64,000 nt of DNA from Glaucostegus cemiculus. Lineage: Eukaryota. Under the pieces are notes generated by a model, which did no database searches, had not been told where the DNA came from, and saw nothing but the letters and a program-made list of their open reading frames with translations. The stretch lies in assembly GCA_976551045.1 (NCBI GenBank), contig CDPCPM010000012.1:40548001-40612000 (forward strand), read 5' to 3'. Positions 51,386-63,933 of this stretch are shown here, in pieces. Positions within the stretch are counted from its first letter, which is position 1. Each line of letters starts with the position of its first letter. A program made the translations under genes and the position numbers.

Positions 51386-54300
51386 CTGGTATTTTTCAAA
51401 TATTGCACATTACAGAGTTATAGCTTAAGTGGTTAAACAGACCTTTGGTTTTATTTTGCTGGTACACATTTAACATGTCGATAGATGTGGTACTGCTTCA
51501 GGGAATTTTGTAAAACAGCAGCAATCAGCCAATCATGATGCACCTCCAGCATTGCTCCTTCACACTGGCAACAAGGGTTGGAGCTGCAACTCGAGCTGGA
51601 CCATGCAACCTGTCAGAAGAAGCAGAGACTCAACTCATGTCTTATCTCAGTTCCAGGTTTTACCATCAGGTATAAACAGCATGTTTCCAACCAGAAACAA
51701 TTCTGCATTTTTGGACGCATGTAATTCAAACTGGTTGTGTACCAAATTATTTTCAGTAGCTGACATTGATCCTGTGTGGGAAAAGTGCATCTTGCCTTTG
51801 TGTAATGGTACACACACATTCAGCTTTTATTAAGTTCAGTGGGTTTGCAATTTGCTTCACTGTTTTTTTTAATAAAATCTCACTGTTGGTAATGTGACCT
51901 CAGTTGCAACAGCAGGGTGGAACCCACATGGTGCTATTGAATCATATTTCCTGCAAGGGGAGCTAGGAAGCGAATTAAATTCTTCATATGCCTTAGCACG
52001 TTGAAGATGACCAGCACTTACAAAGTAAAATGTAGGGGCTTCATAGGGATTTAATATTAAAAAAAGTCACATTGGGACTAAGAAGGAAATGTTAGTGCAG
52101 GTGAACAAAAGCTTAATTAAAGACATAGATTTTATGAGGCAGAATAGCCAGAGAGAGGGACTTCCAATATTTTGAGCATAGAGGTTAAAGATACAGTGGT
52201 CAAATGATGGGAACAATTGGCTGGATTTAGAAGAGCACAGAGTTCTTAAGAGGACTGTAGTGCTGGGGGAGGTCACAGAGACAGGAGGAACAAAGCCATG
52301 GAAGGCTCTGAATATGAGGGTGCAGATTTTAAAATAAATATGTGTTAGTGTATCGAGGGGCAGTGCAGGGCAGAATTTATGAATGCATCTGGATATTTGA
52401 AAGAAGTTTGCAGTAACTGTTTGAATACCTGGAACAGCATGAGCAACATGCTTTATTGGTATTGACTCCTCCTTTGCAAGATAATGGCCCAAGTCAAGCT
52501 TACCTTTATTAGTCTTGGACTTCCCATGCATATGTTGTCAAGTGATGAAGTAGATGCTGGGTGGACACATGACTGAGTCCAACAGTGGAGTGCTGAGGTT
52601 CTCAGCAGAGGGGCTGGACACTCCCTATACTCAAACTCCTCAGCTTTAAGCCAGTGCTGGCTAACATAATAATGAGGTGGCTGACTTTGTGAAAGAGAGA
52701 AAGTTGTCCATTAGTTTTACATTATTTTAATGCTTTCAGTAATTTATAACCAATTTCAAATGTGTTTAATTAAATTTGACCAACTTTTTTAAAGAATTAT
52801 TTAAATTTACATTTAACAAATTTCAAAGGCATCTGGCAGCAGTGAGCCTGTGTCTTGCTCCATGTGCACCAACCTCACAGGACACCTCTCAGAGGTAAAG
52901 GGGGAGCTTGGCCAGCTCCCTGTTGGTGTAGGTGGGTGCGTAGGCAGTGAGCCCAGGCAGTGGGGCAGATCCTGGATGACTGTGTCCATTAATTCCACTT
53001 GTCCCTTTGAATATTATCACGGCATTACTCAAGTTACTTCTTGGTATGGCCATCAAAATAAAGCCAAATGGCATGTGTTGTTCTAATGTTTAGGCTGAGA
53101 TACAGCTAAATGCAGTAACATTAGGAATCTATCATTCAACAATGTAACTGTTATGGTTATAATTCAATGTCTCCAAATATAATTACCTAATTCAACATTG
53201 TGTGTTCAGACTCCATTCATATGTTTTTCCACTGAAGGGATGGATAGTTGCATGGTTTGCTCATCCCTTCACGTTGCTAAGGCCTGCAGGTTGCTGTGTA
53301 GCTTGCATTCTATGTAGATCACCTGATTGGTCTCAGCCTCTCAGATAATCACAGTAAGTTGCCTGATTTCAGCATTTGTGTCAATTCGCACCTGCTGTTC
53401 TAAAGGATACATGAACAAAAGCCTGACTGTGCCCACCCAAGATACAGCAGCCCGAATTACATTGGGACAGAAGATCATTGCCAAGTGACTTTGCTGCAAT
53501 AACGATTCAAGTGTGATAGGTACTGAAGATCAGTTTTGTAAATACAGTAAATTAAATGCTGCAGTTTCCTGAAGTGCTTCGCTCTTGATTGCCGAACAGC
53601 ACTGTAAAACCGGTGGAATCAGCAGAGCTGCTGCTGGATTCATTTGCAAGGCTGACACAGGGAACTGCACCATAAAAGAGGGATAAGGAAAGTCAAGAAA
53701 TTTCCAGTCCTTGGAATCTGAGTGAGAGCAGCATTGACCCGTTGCTTGTTGATAGGGTGCTGGTTTTAATGCTGTCTTTCTACCAATCGATCCAGACAGG
53801 TACCATTCTTGCTTTTGATAATAGATGTCTGGGATTGAATCTAATCACCTCAAGCTGGCAAAAGCAATACTGGGCACTGAGTGATTTACCCTCTCAGAGC
53901 TTAATATGTTGTCATTGAATAATATTTTATACCCATAAGAATTTTGCGGGAGGATTCTTGTAAGTGTGAGGCGTTTCTTCATTAGATTCACTCAGTGAAA
54001 TATCTGAAAGCCTGTTATTATGAGTTATGATCTGGTTTTTAAAATAACAGTCGTGATGTGGTTGAGCTGTTTTTCAGGGTTTGCTGCCGTTCCTTTCCCT
54101 ATTTTGCATAGATACCCTGATGCCGAGGCTGCAAAGCTATAAAGAAAATAAGGCGAGATGGAATGGAACTGATTGGATTGCTCTGCTGAGAGCCAGCATG
54201 GATACTATGGGCCAATTGGCCTCCATTGTCATTACAATAAGCTCTCTTTAGTCCAGCCAATAACTCTGAAAGCCACACGAGGCAATTACTGTGTACTTAT

Positions 54301-55494
54301 TTGCCTTTTCCCCTCTAATAGAACCAGCACATTGGTTTGTCAAAATTCAAAACTGATCTACCGTATCTAAACCCATTGCTAAACCTCAAACTATAAATCA
54401 CTAATCTCTCATATTCTCTGACTCAAATCAAGCATTAATGCTGTCTTTTTTCTCTCTTGCTATTAGCACAAAACTGAATTTCTACGGTTAAGGTCACCTC
54501 TGTTTTCTGTAGCTCTCAACATTCTCTGAAGAGCCTATCATGCTTTACGTATGAGCATCAAACCTACTTGCCCCAACTCCTTCCCTTGCTGATCTTCCTG
54601 GCCAGTTTGTGCATCAGGGGTTAATTCTGCCAGTTTCCTTCCTCTTCTGCCCACTCACATCCATCAATTCCTCCTTAAAAAACAAGTCAACTGTCTTGAC
54701 CAATGTCTGTTTGTGCATGAACAATACTTGCTATCAATGGTTGTACCGCAGACTATTGCACAACCTCATGGATTTGACTGGAACTTTGATCATATGTTGG
54801 GATCCTTTATCTAAGTCCCCCCAGCAAGCAGCGCTTTCGATGACCTGCTCTACCTAAACAACAGAAAGACTAATGTGATACCAAGTCTACCAGACCTGCT
54901 ACTCTGGCATATAATTTCTTCAAACATCCTATCTTAGCAAATGCTTTTCCTTGAGTTCCCATAAATCAGAGTTTCTCACAAAGATATTCTCTCACTTCCT
55001 CCATATTCCTCTGATTCTTTTCCCAGATTTCTCACAGCTCCCATTGGACCCATTGATATTTATCACATCCATCCAATCCACCTCCTTATCAGTTGGTCCC
55101 TTCCCACCAAACTCTCACTGCCCAACTTTCCTCTCAGGCCCCTATGTGGCAGAAGTTGTAAAAATGCCCTCTTTCACATCAGTCAGCCCCATCTCTCCAC
55201 CAAAATATACACAATTCCTCTGCATTTCATTAAAGTCTTTGACTATATTGATCTCTTCAAATTTCTGCTCGGCTCCCTCTACCTTAGCATTCCATTCAAA
55301 ATGTCATAACAGGTCTGTTGTTATGTGCCCCATTTTCACAAATCATTCTGAATATGTGCAGCATTTAACATGTTCAATAATTTGCCAATCCTCTGTTGTC
55401 CATCTCTGCCTGAATAACCTCAACCTTTCCAACAAAGACTGAGGGCACCAGCGAAGGCGTTACTTCCTATTCCCATAACCTTATCTTTGGAGAC

Positions 55495-55907
55495 CTTCAA
55501 GCTCCTTTGCTCAGCTTTCCATTATCCCTCATTTACTTAATGTTCCTGGGTGTCATCAGCTTGCTCATGCATGCTGACAACATTGGACTCATTTATAGAT
55601 TTATGTACAAGTATAATGCAGTGATAGCAAAAAACAATCTGCTGGAATAACTGAGCAAATCGAGCAACATCAATGAGAGGGATGGAATTGTCGATGTTTT
55701 TGGTCAAAACATTGTACTGCGATGATAGCTTCCATTTATCCAATGGATAACTGGAGGCAGTGCAGCTGCTGCAGTACTAGTGTCAAGTAAACAGTCTGAC
55801 AAGACAAGAATGGGCAATGGAGAAGTAAACCTACATGAGCAAGCTGATGACACCCAAGTGCACCAGGTAAACGAGGGGTAATGAAAGCTGAGGAGAGGAA
55901 ATTGAAG
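55495..55907. repeat. MITE/foldback-like element with ~70-bp inverted arms
   Basis: Left arm ..ctcagctttccattatccctcatttac..tgggtgtcatcagcttgctcatg (to 55569) is the reverse complement of catgagcaagctgatgacaccca..gtaaacgaggggtaatgaaagctgag (from 55834); a Penelope-like piece is nested at about 55625-55715. Confidence 0.7.
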
Positions 55908-56185
55908 CCATCATTGCAGTATATTTGTTTGTAAGTCTATTAATCAGTCACATGTGTAAGTGACAGAATGACACTATCCTTTGCGTGATGTAAGTATATC
56001 TAACTGTTAGTGTGCAATAAAATGTACACCGTATTTTGAAGCACCTGGTGTCTCCAAAAGATTATTACACGTAGTACCTATCAGCACTACAAGACCTGCT
56101 TGCAGACCACTTCCAAATGACTACAATCACCTTCAGTTTCTGACACAGATTCCATCCTTTTCCACTGCCATGGTGTTATATTAGA

Positions 56186-56543
56186 TTCATAGAGAGATAC
56201 AGTGCAAAAACAGGCCTGTTAGCCCATCGAGTCCACACTAACCATCAACAACCCATTTTTACATTAATTATATTTTTTTATTCTCCCCAGATTCTCTTCA
56301 AATCAACCCCCCCCGCAAGATTCTACCTCTCACCTACATAGGAGGGCAATTTACCATGGCTAATTAACCTATCAACCTGCATGCCTTTGGGATGTGGGAA
56401 GAAACCAGAGCACTCAGAAGAAACTCACACAGTCACAGGGAGAACATGCAAACTCCAAATAGACAGCTCTTGCGGTCAGGATTGAACCTGTGTCTCATGC
56501 ACTGTGAAGCAGTGGCTCTTCTAGCTGAGCCTCTGTTCCGCCC
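56186..56543 (-). mobile_element. Older V-SINE
   Basis: CR1-like tail, V-domain and reverse B box ggattgaacc. Confidence 0.75.
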
Positions 56544-59066
56544 AATTATTGAACTAAACTGTTTGGAACCTGGGCATTCTCTTCAATACTAAGCTGAGCT
56601 CCAACTTATATCTTGGCATAACAAATCTTGCCAAATTCCACCCCCAGAAGATTGTCCATCTCTCTCCATATTATCCAAATTTCATCCAAATTAAACCATT
56701 TGCTACCTCTAATCTCAACTTTTCCAATATTGCCATTTGCTGTGCTCTTTCTCCATTGAGTGTAAACTTCAACTCATCTGAATTTAGCTGTCTGTATCCT
56801 ACCTCCAATTAATTAAATTCATCCATCCTGTGTTCCCTGATCTGCATGACTGCCTCTCTGAGCCCCCGCACCTCCAATTGGAAATGCTCAGCCTTGTAAA
56901 TAAAAATATGGAATGTTATGAGGGAAATATTCATTGAATGCAAAACATTTCAAAGAGGATTTTAGGTCATTGGGTAAAACAACAAAGTGCAAATGTTGTC
57001 CCCAAAACAAAATATTAGTTAGTTTCAAAGGATTGATATGCACAGAAATAACCCATGGCTGTCACTAACACAACTTTTTCTCCTTTCAATTGTAAATGTC
57101 ATATTTTCTTTAATAATCTCAGTGCCTAATTAGTTCATAATTAGCATGATTTAGCATGATTGTTACAGTTGCTACTTTTTTTTATACCTTTATATCTTCA
57201 TGTTGATAAAGCACTGGCACATCAATTAAAATCAGGAAGATTTTATTCCCTCTATCAACAAGAAAAATGCATTTTTATAGTACCTTACACAGCCTTGAGA
57301 GGTTTTCAAGCATCTTTCTAAACAAGTGCTTTAGAGGTTTTGCCGCTGTTGTAATTTATGGCACAGCTAATTTGTATTCAACAGCATCCCACAGACAACA
57401 ATGTGATAATGATCACGATGAAATGCTAAACCTATATAAAGTATTAATTTAACCCCAGATGGAGTATAGTATCAAATTCTAAAAGGGTATAAAGGTTTTG
57501 GAGAGAATACAGAAGATATTTGTTAGGACTCGAGTGTCACCCTGGATTTTTAAGCTGAAGACCATGGAGTGGATGTGAACTCACACCCTGCTGACTAAGT
57601 ACGCAATCTATAAGAGTAGTTGAATGGGTTGCCATTTAGAATACGTTTTGTACAGGCTTTGGCCTGAAAGGCTTTGAGTGGTTTGTTTCCATTTGACGCT
57701 CTTCTTAGCTTTAACCTTTCCATTCTTGAACTGGTGCCATACACTTAATTTCAGATGATGCCAAGTGATTATACTGTGAAAGAATGTCAAATCATTGTCA
57801 CCAAACTGAATGGTTTCTCTGTTCTGAAAACTCTGAGGCCGATAGGGACATAGCCACTTGTGAATAGTCATATTTTCCATTTTGGTTTTCCTTTTTCTAA
57901 AATTCTCAACTTAATTCAGAATCTCACACAAAGTATTTGAAATAAAGGTCAGAACCAAAGAACATCTCTTACTGAAGAAAACACTCATTTCTACTTTTTC
58001 CTGGTTCTGGATATAAAGCAGAGATCCTACTACTTCACTACACAGGTGAAAATTAGTAAGCATATTCATTTTTCAATTTATAAGCTGATTAATCTTCTTG
58101 ACATTTGCACAGGATCATCGTCATACATTCTTGCTTTAAGTGTGTAATGATTCTGCTGTCATTTACACTAGATTTGCTGATCATTCTGGTTTTGGCTGAT
58201 TTGCATTTGTTATTGTAGCGTTCAAATCTGTCTAAAATATCAACAGTAGGAGGTTTAAAACTTCAGCAATTCCTTACTTACCATGAAATAATTTAGGTGT
58301 GGATTAGAAATCAGACATTCCCTTGGTAATGAGTTTGGAATGAGGTTGAAATACATTGGTTTTTGTTCTTTCTAAGGGGTTATGGTAACAAAATTCTGGG
58401 GGATACTGGCTGTTTCTTCATGTTTCTGATTCTGGTGTACTTTTGAGGCTGACACTAGTTTGCCTAGATATCCTCTTTTATTGCTTGTGGTCCTTGTGCC
58501 TGCATGACATACAATGCTGATGCTTAATAGAGAGACCTAATGTTATTTGATTGAGGGTCCACCAGAAAGGATGTGGCACTCAAGAATGAATTGAGCCTGT
58601 GATGTCTTCCAGTTATTTATGCAGCAACAAGGATGCTAATCATACAACAGATAAGTAGGTTTTCAGAAAGTGAGGCTGCTCCTGATCCTTGGTCCTGCGT
58701 GAAAGGGCCTCTGCCATCTTTCCATTCCCTGGACTTTATAGCGTTGTCCCAGAAGGATTGAGCTAAGCCTCCACATTCTGCAGAACCACTCCAAAGAGTT
58801 AATGAAGCAGGAGGAGATGAGAGGGATGGCATGTCTGTAGGATGTGTAGGATGGAAATGTGGGAATCAGCAATCTTGAACTCCCACAATCATCCCAGTCA
58901 CCATCTGTCTAGAGGTGTATGAATTAAAGGGTAATACTCAGCTTATATCCTACTCCTGCTGAGGAAACATTCAGGTACGAAGCCACTGCTTAGTCTTCAA
59001 GATGGATTCAGTGAGCACTTTTAACACAGATACTTAACAATAAAGGAATCGGTTTAGAAACATCCA

Positions 59067-59182
59067 GACACAATAGACTGCAAATGCTGAAATCTGGAGG
59101 AACACACAAGGTGCTGGAACTCACCGGGTCAGGCAGCATCTGTGGAGGGAAATGGACAGTAGATGTTTCATGTGGAGACCCT
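59067..59182 (-). mobile_element. Penelope-like-terminus element, single arm
   Basis: gacacaatagactgcaaatgctg..gggtcaggcagcatctgtggagggaaatggacag..gagaccctt, same family as 24096. Confidence 0.75.
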
Positions 59183-59737
59183 TAGAAATAAGTTGACTGT
59201 TATGTAGGTAAACATGAAAACCAATATGCATACAGCAAGTTCCCCAAAACACTAATAATCAATGGTATTGTAGATATGCTTTGGACGTTGTGAAGATATG
59301 GTTGGAGTTATTGACAGTCTCATAATACATCCATTGAAAATCTTTAATTTTTTTTTCAACTTGCTGCCATGTTGGAATATTATGGTGTCAGATGCAAGAG
59401 CTGGATAATAGGATTTAAATTGTTTCATAGAGTAGTATAATATGAAACAGTGTCCTTTATGCTGGATTGAAGTGTATGTTTAGTTTAAATTCTGCTGCTA
59501 TATTCATCATCCCATAACATTGTGCTGGGATGTTATGGGCTAATGATATTGGGATACTTGGGATGGAGTGGCTTTTATTTGCTCCTGATTATTTCTACCA
59601 CTTACTTGAACGTTCTTAGGCTGACTTGGAATGTACAATGTCATTCCCAATTGCAATATCTCTGCATCTTGAGTACAGAATTCACCCAGAACATAAAAAT
59701 ATTAATGAAGAAAAGACTGTAAATGCCACTAAATATC

Positions 59738-60087
59738 CACACAGTGCCAGAGACCTGGGTTCAATCATGACTTCGGGTACTGTTGGTGTAGAGTTTAAAT
59801 GTTCTCCCTGTGTCCACTTAAATTTCGTTCAGGTGCTCCGGTTTCCTCCTGCATCCCAAAGATGTGAGGGCTGGTAGATTAATTGATTACTGTAAATTGC
59901 CCCTAGTGTGTAGATGAGAGATAGCATCTTGAAGGAGTTTATGAGAACGTGGAAGAATAAAAACTGGGGATTAATGTAGCATTAGTGTAGTTGGGTGGTA
60001 GATGTTCAACACAGACTTGGTGGGGTGGGGGCAACCGTAGGAGCGATCAAAGGTCCTGTTTCCGTGCTGTATTTCTCTATGACTCTA
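59738..60087 (+). mobile_element. Older V-SINE
   Basis: B box ggttcaatc, V-domain, tail cctgtttccgtgctgtatttctctatgactct. Confidence 0.75.
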
Positions 60088-61721
60088 AGATATGGCGCTT
60101 AATGTGATGGTAAGGACAGTCACTGATTTAGATTTGTTATATTTTACATTAAAACTGTTTAGCCTTAAAATATAAAATTGTGGTGTAAAATATTGTTATT
60201 TGAAAAGGAAGATTACATATAATTCACAATTTATTTAAAAGTTTATGCACAGAATACTAGTGAGTGATGTATAATGTTTTTTTTGAGAAATTCTTATGCA
60301 ACCAGCATATTTATGCAACTGGCATCTCCCATTCCCCATGGGTGCTGGATGGCTGAAAGTATTCTGTACCCTGATCGTGTCATGGCAGATTTCTTGAAAC
60401 AAAGGATTTCTTTTGCTTTGCCTTATTGGACTATGCATATATGATTATTTTCTGTTTCAACCTTAGAAGCATACTTTATTGATCCTTATCTTTCTGCTAT
60501 TTCAAACAGGTGCTCATTCTAAAATGTTAGTATATTAGTGACAGTGAGAGACCAGAATACTGCTCTGACACTGCATTAAAAGGTTTAAACATGCACAGTT
60601 TTTGCATCTGACAATTTGTCGTAACAGCACAGATTGGCTGCTCCAATCATTAATACTTTAGGAGCCATTTCCCAACAGTGTTGTTGATAGATTTATCACT
60701 ATGCCATTAACCATGTCATTTCTCTCATCCAGAGTACCAAAACGTACTTAACATTGTTATCCTTTATGAGACAATTTGAATATTCTATGAATAACAGGAG
60801 TAACTTTGCAGTGCCTAGTTGACAAATTTGTAATCCATTATTAAAATTAAAACACTCTCCTCTAATGGAAATTAAGAGAAAAACTATTTTAACTGTGCTA
60901 CTTATGAGAGTTATAATCAATTTTTCTTACCTGTGATTGTAATAATTGGCCTGTACTGTTTTTACGATGGGGATGAGAACAAGGGCCCTGGGAATTAAAG
61001 ACCAGGTTGTGGCTTTCCTTTATCTAAATTCTGCAAATGTATCTATTGTAGTAAATGCAGTTTCAAAATGCTTGGTAATAACTCTTCTACAAGGAAAGTT
61101 TTGCATCCTCTTCCTGCCGCTTGGCCCTTCACCCACCACTCCCACACCCCATCTCTCCACCTTTTTCCCTCTTCTCCCCAACCCCCAATGCTGCCTATCA
61201 CTACTGGGCTGAGCCTTGCATTTTCAATGGTAGATTTCTGGAGGGCTCTCTTTGCCAGATGTCTCCCACTATTTGGCAGTCCAGGAATGCCTGGGTCGCT
61301 CCTCTTGGCATCTGTCCTCTAATGCAAAGGTCAGGAGACTCCCAGTTCCAGTGGCGTAGTGAGGAAGCAGTGCAATCACAGCATGGGAGAGGAAAGGAGG
61401 GGAAGGTCAGAGGTTCAGTGATCAGAGGGTAGCTCTGTCACCTTCTGACTCAAAGGCTGGCATTTAATCTTACACCAATCAGCAGGCTGGATTATTGGGC
61501 TAATATTTATTCTAATTAAACAATTAGTATGAAGCATATCTTCAAGGTATCACATTAACAACTGGATGCTTGGGTAATTCATGTCTTCTGGAAATGTAAG
61601 CTCCTCACAGTTACATTGGGTTGAGCATTTTTGATCTTTAATTGGAGGACTTTGCAACCTGCCAACAAGTCCTGATTATCACTGCTCACATTTCTTTGTT
61701 GACCAGGTGCTAGTAGTTTAA

Positions 61722-61990
61722 CGACAAATTGCAGGAGGAACTCAGCGGTCAGGGAGCATCTGTGGAGGGAATTGGACAGACAATGTTTTGGGTCATGACC
61801 CTTCACCTGGACTGGAAATGGACAGTCGACCTTTCAGGTCAAGACCCTGCATCAGGACTATCCAGATGAAAGGTCTCGACCGGAAACATCGATTGTCCAT
61901 TTCCCTCCACAAGTGATGCCTGACCCACTGAGTTCCCCAGCCTCTTGCTTTTTGCTCCAGATTCCAGCATCTGCAGTCTCTTGTGTCTCC
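61722..61990. mobile_element. Penelope-like-terminus element with three hammerhead-like units (two tandem on minus, one on plus)
   Basis: Units at about 61776-61814 (-), 61823-61860 (-) and 61861-61893 (+), within long inverted arms. Confidence 0.8.
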
Positions 61991-62369
61991 AAGGTGCCCA
62001 TTGTTATTCAACTTTCAGTCTATTTATTGCTAACATCGTGTTAGCCCATGAATTTTAAGTATGCTGAGGTGTATGACTCAGAGCAAACAATCTACTGTAC
62101 AACAAATGTAATCAATTCACTCAATAAACATGCTATTTGAGAAGCAGAGGAACCATCTACAGCATCTTTGATCAGTAATAGCTGTAATTCTGCCTGAAGA
62201 ATGCAGAAGTGAGTGATAGTTACTCATTAATTGTGGGCCTAAATTCAATATCTGTCAGTTATGGCAAGCTTGTTTGATAGGGAGCTTGCTCCATTATCCT
62301 GTGCTGTTTAGCTACAGGCTTATCACCACATACACTTTTGTTTTTAACACCGCCTCAGGTTCCACCTTT

Positions 62370-62718
62370 GGTTCCTTTTCTTGTCCTATTACCATTCCCT
62401 TTCACATTGAATCATCCACCGTTTTGCATTTAATCTCTCCTGCCTACACTTTCTCTCTCACAGATCCCTTGCCCCTTCTCCTACATTTGTACTTGCTATT
62501 AAACTCATTATGTCTTCAGGATGTTTCAGTTCTGGTGAAAGGTCATTAACCTAAAATATTAAACAAATAACTACAGATGGTGGAAATCTGAAATGAAAAC
62601 ATTAATTCTATTTCTCTGTTCACACATGCTGGTTGAACCTGCTGAGTGCTTCCAGCACCTTCAGTTTTTGTAACCTAGAATGTTAACATAGTTTCTTCCT
62701 TCACAGACAGTCTGACCT
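62370..62718 (+). mobile_element. Older Penelope-like terminal repeats, interrupted at 62718 and resuming near 63935
   Basis: cagttctggtgaaaggtcattaacctaaaat (decayed hammerhead-like motif); ctgacct|...|aagtatttccag is split by Rex and L1 insertions. Confidence 0.55.
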
Positions 62719-62743
62719 AAATTGGTAAACTGAATGGTTTATT

Positions 62744-63712
62744 TTTTAAACCTAAAATTTTATCAATAATTTCATCTTTATAAAGAAATGGAAAAGAAGG
62801 TATAGTAGCTTTTAAAAAATTTCTAATCTGCAAATATCGAAAGAAGTGTGATCTAGGTAAATTATATTTATTAGACAGCTGTTCAAAAGATGCAAAACAG
62901 TTATCAATGAATAGATCACAAAAGCATACTATTCCCTTCCTTTTCCATAAAGAAAAAGCTGTATCTAGTCTAGATGGTTGAAAAAAAAATAGGTTGTATA
63001 GGACTTGACAAAACAAATTTAGTCAATCCAAAGAATTTACGAAATTGAAACCATATTCGTAATGTATGTTTAATGATTGGGTTAGTCATATATTTACTTA
63101 ATTTGGTAAGTGCAAAAGGAAGTGAAGCTCCTAAAATAGAGAATAACGAAAATTCAAGTGTTGATTGATACTCAAGATGTACCCATTTAGGGCATTGAAT
63201 AACATTTAAGTCTTGTGTCCAAAAAATTAAATATCTGATATTGATTGCCCAATAATATAATCTAAAATTAGGCAAGGCCATACCACCATCCTTTTTCAGT
63301 TTTTGTAAACATTTCTTACTTAGTCTTGGATTCTTGTTCTGCCAAATATATGAAAGAATTTTAGAATCAACCTTGTCAAAAAAAGACTTTGGGATAAAAA
63401 TTGGAATCGCTTGAAATAAATATAAAAATTTTGGTAAGATATTCATCTTAATTACATTAATTCGGCCTATCAGTGATAAAGACATTGGAGACCACTTAGT
63501 AAGCGATTGTTTAACTTGGTCAAATAAAGGTAAAAAATTAGCTTTAAATAGATCCTTATGTTTATTAGTAATTTTAACACCTAAATACATAAAATAATCA
63601 GTTACCAATTTAAAGGGTAACTGGCTATAAATTGAGGTTTTCATATTCAGTGGAAAAAGTTCACTCTTATTAAAATTTAGTCGATAACCAGAAAAAACAC
63701 TGAATTGATCTA
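62744..63712 (-). mobile_element. L1-clade ORF2 fragment (late RT and C-terminal region)
   Basis: FSGYRLNFNKS, YLG, LSLIGRINVIKMNILPKFLYLFQ, GGMALPNFRLYYWA, FFRYLQIR; perfect 17-bp TSD aaactgaatggtttatt (62727-62743, 63713-63729); one frameshift near 62990. Confidence 0.9.
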
Positions 63713-63933
63713 AAACTGAATGGTTTATTATTGTCACATGTACTGAGGGACAGTGAAAAACTGCTTTGCATGCCATCTATACAGATCATTTCATCCTATC
63801 AGTACATTGAGGTAGTACCAGGAGAAAACAATAACAGGATCCAAAATAGAGTGTTACAGTTACAGAGAAAGTGCAGTGTAGGAAGATAATAAAGCGCAAG
63901 GCCATGACATGGTAGATTATATGCTCAGGAGTC
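63713..63933 (-). mobile_element. Rex1/Babar 3' end whose tail served as the L1 target
   Basis: ggtttattattgtcacatgtactgagg..agagaaagtgcagtg shared terminus. Confidence 0.8.

Noticed and set aside
54951-55442. 163-aa ORF
   Set aside because: Low-complexity Ser/Pro/Leu translation of C/T-rich sequence, probably a decayed L2-like LINE.
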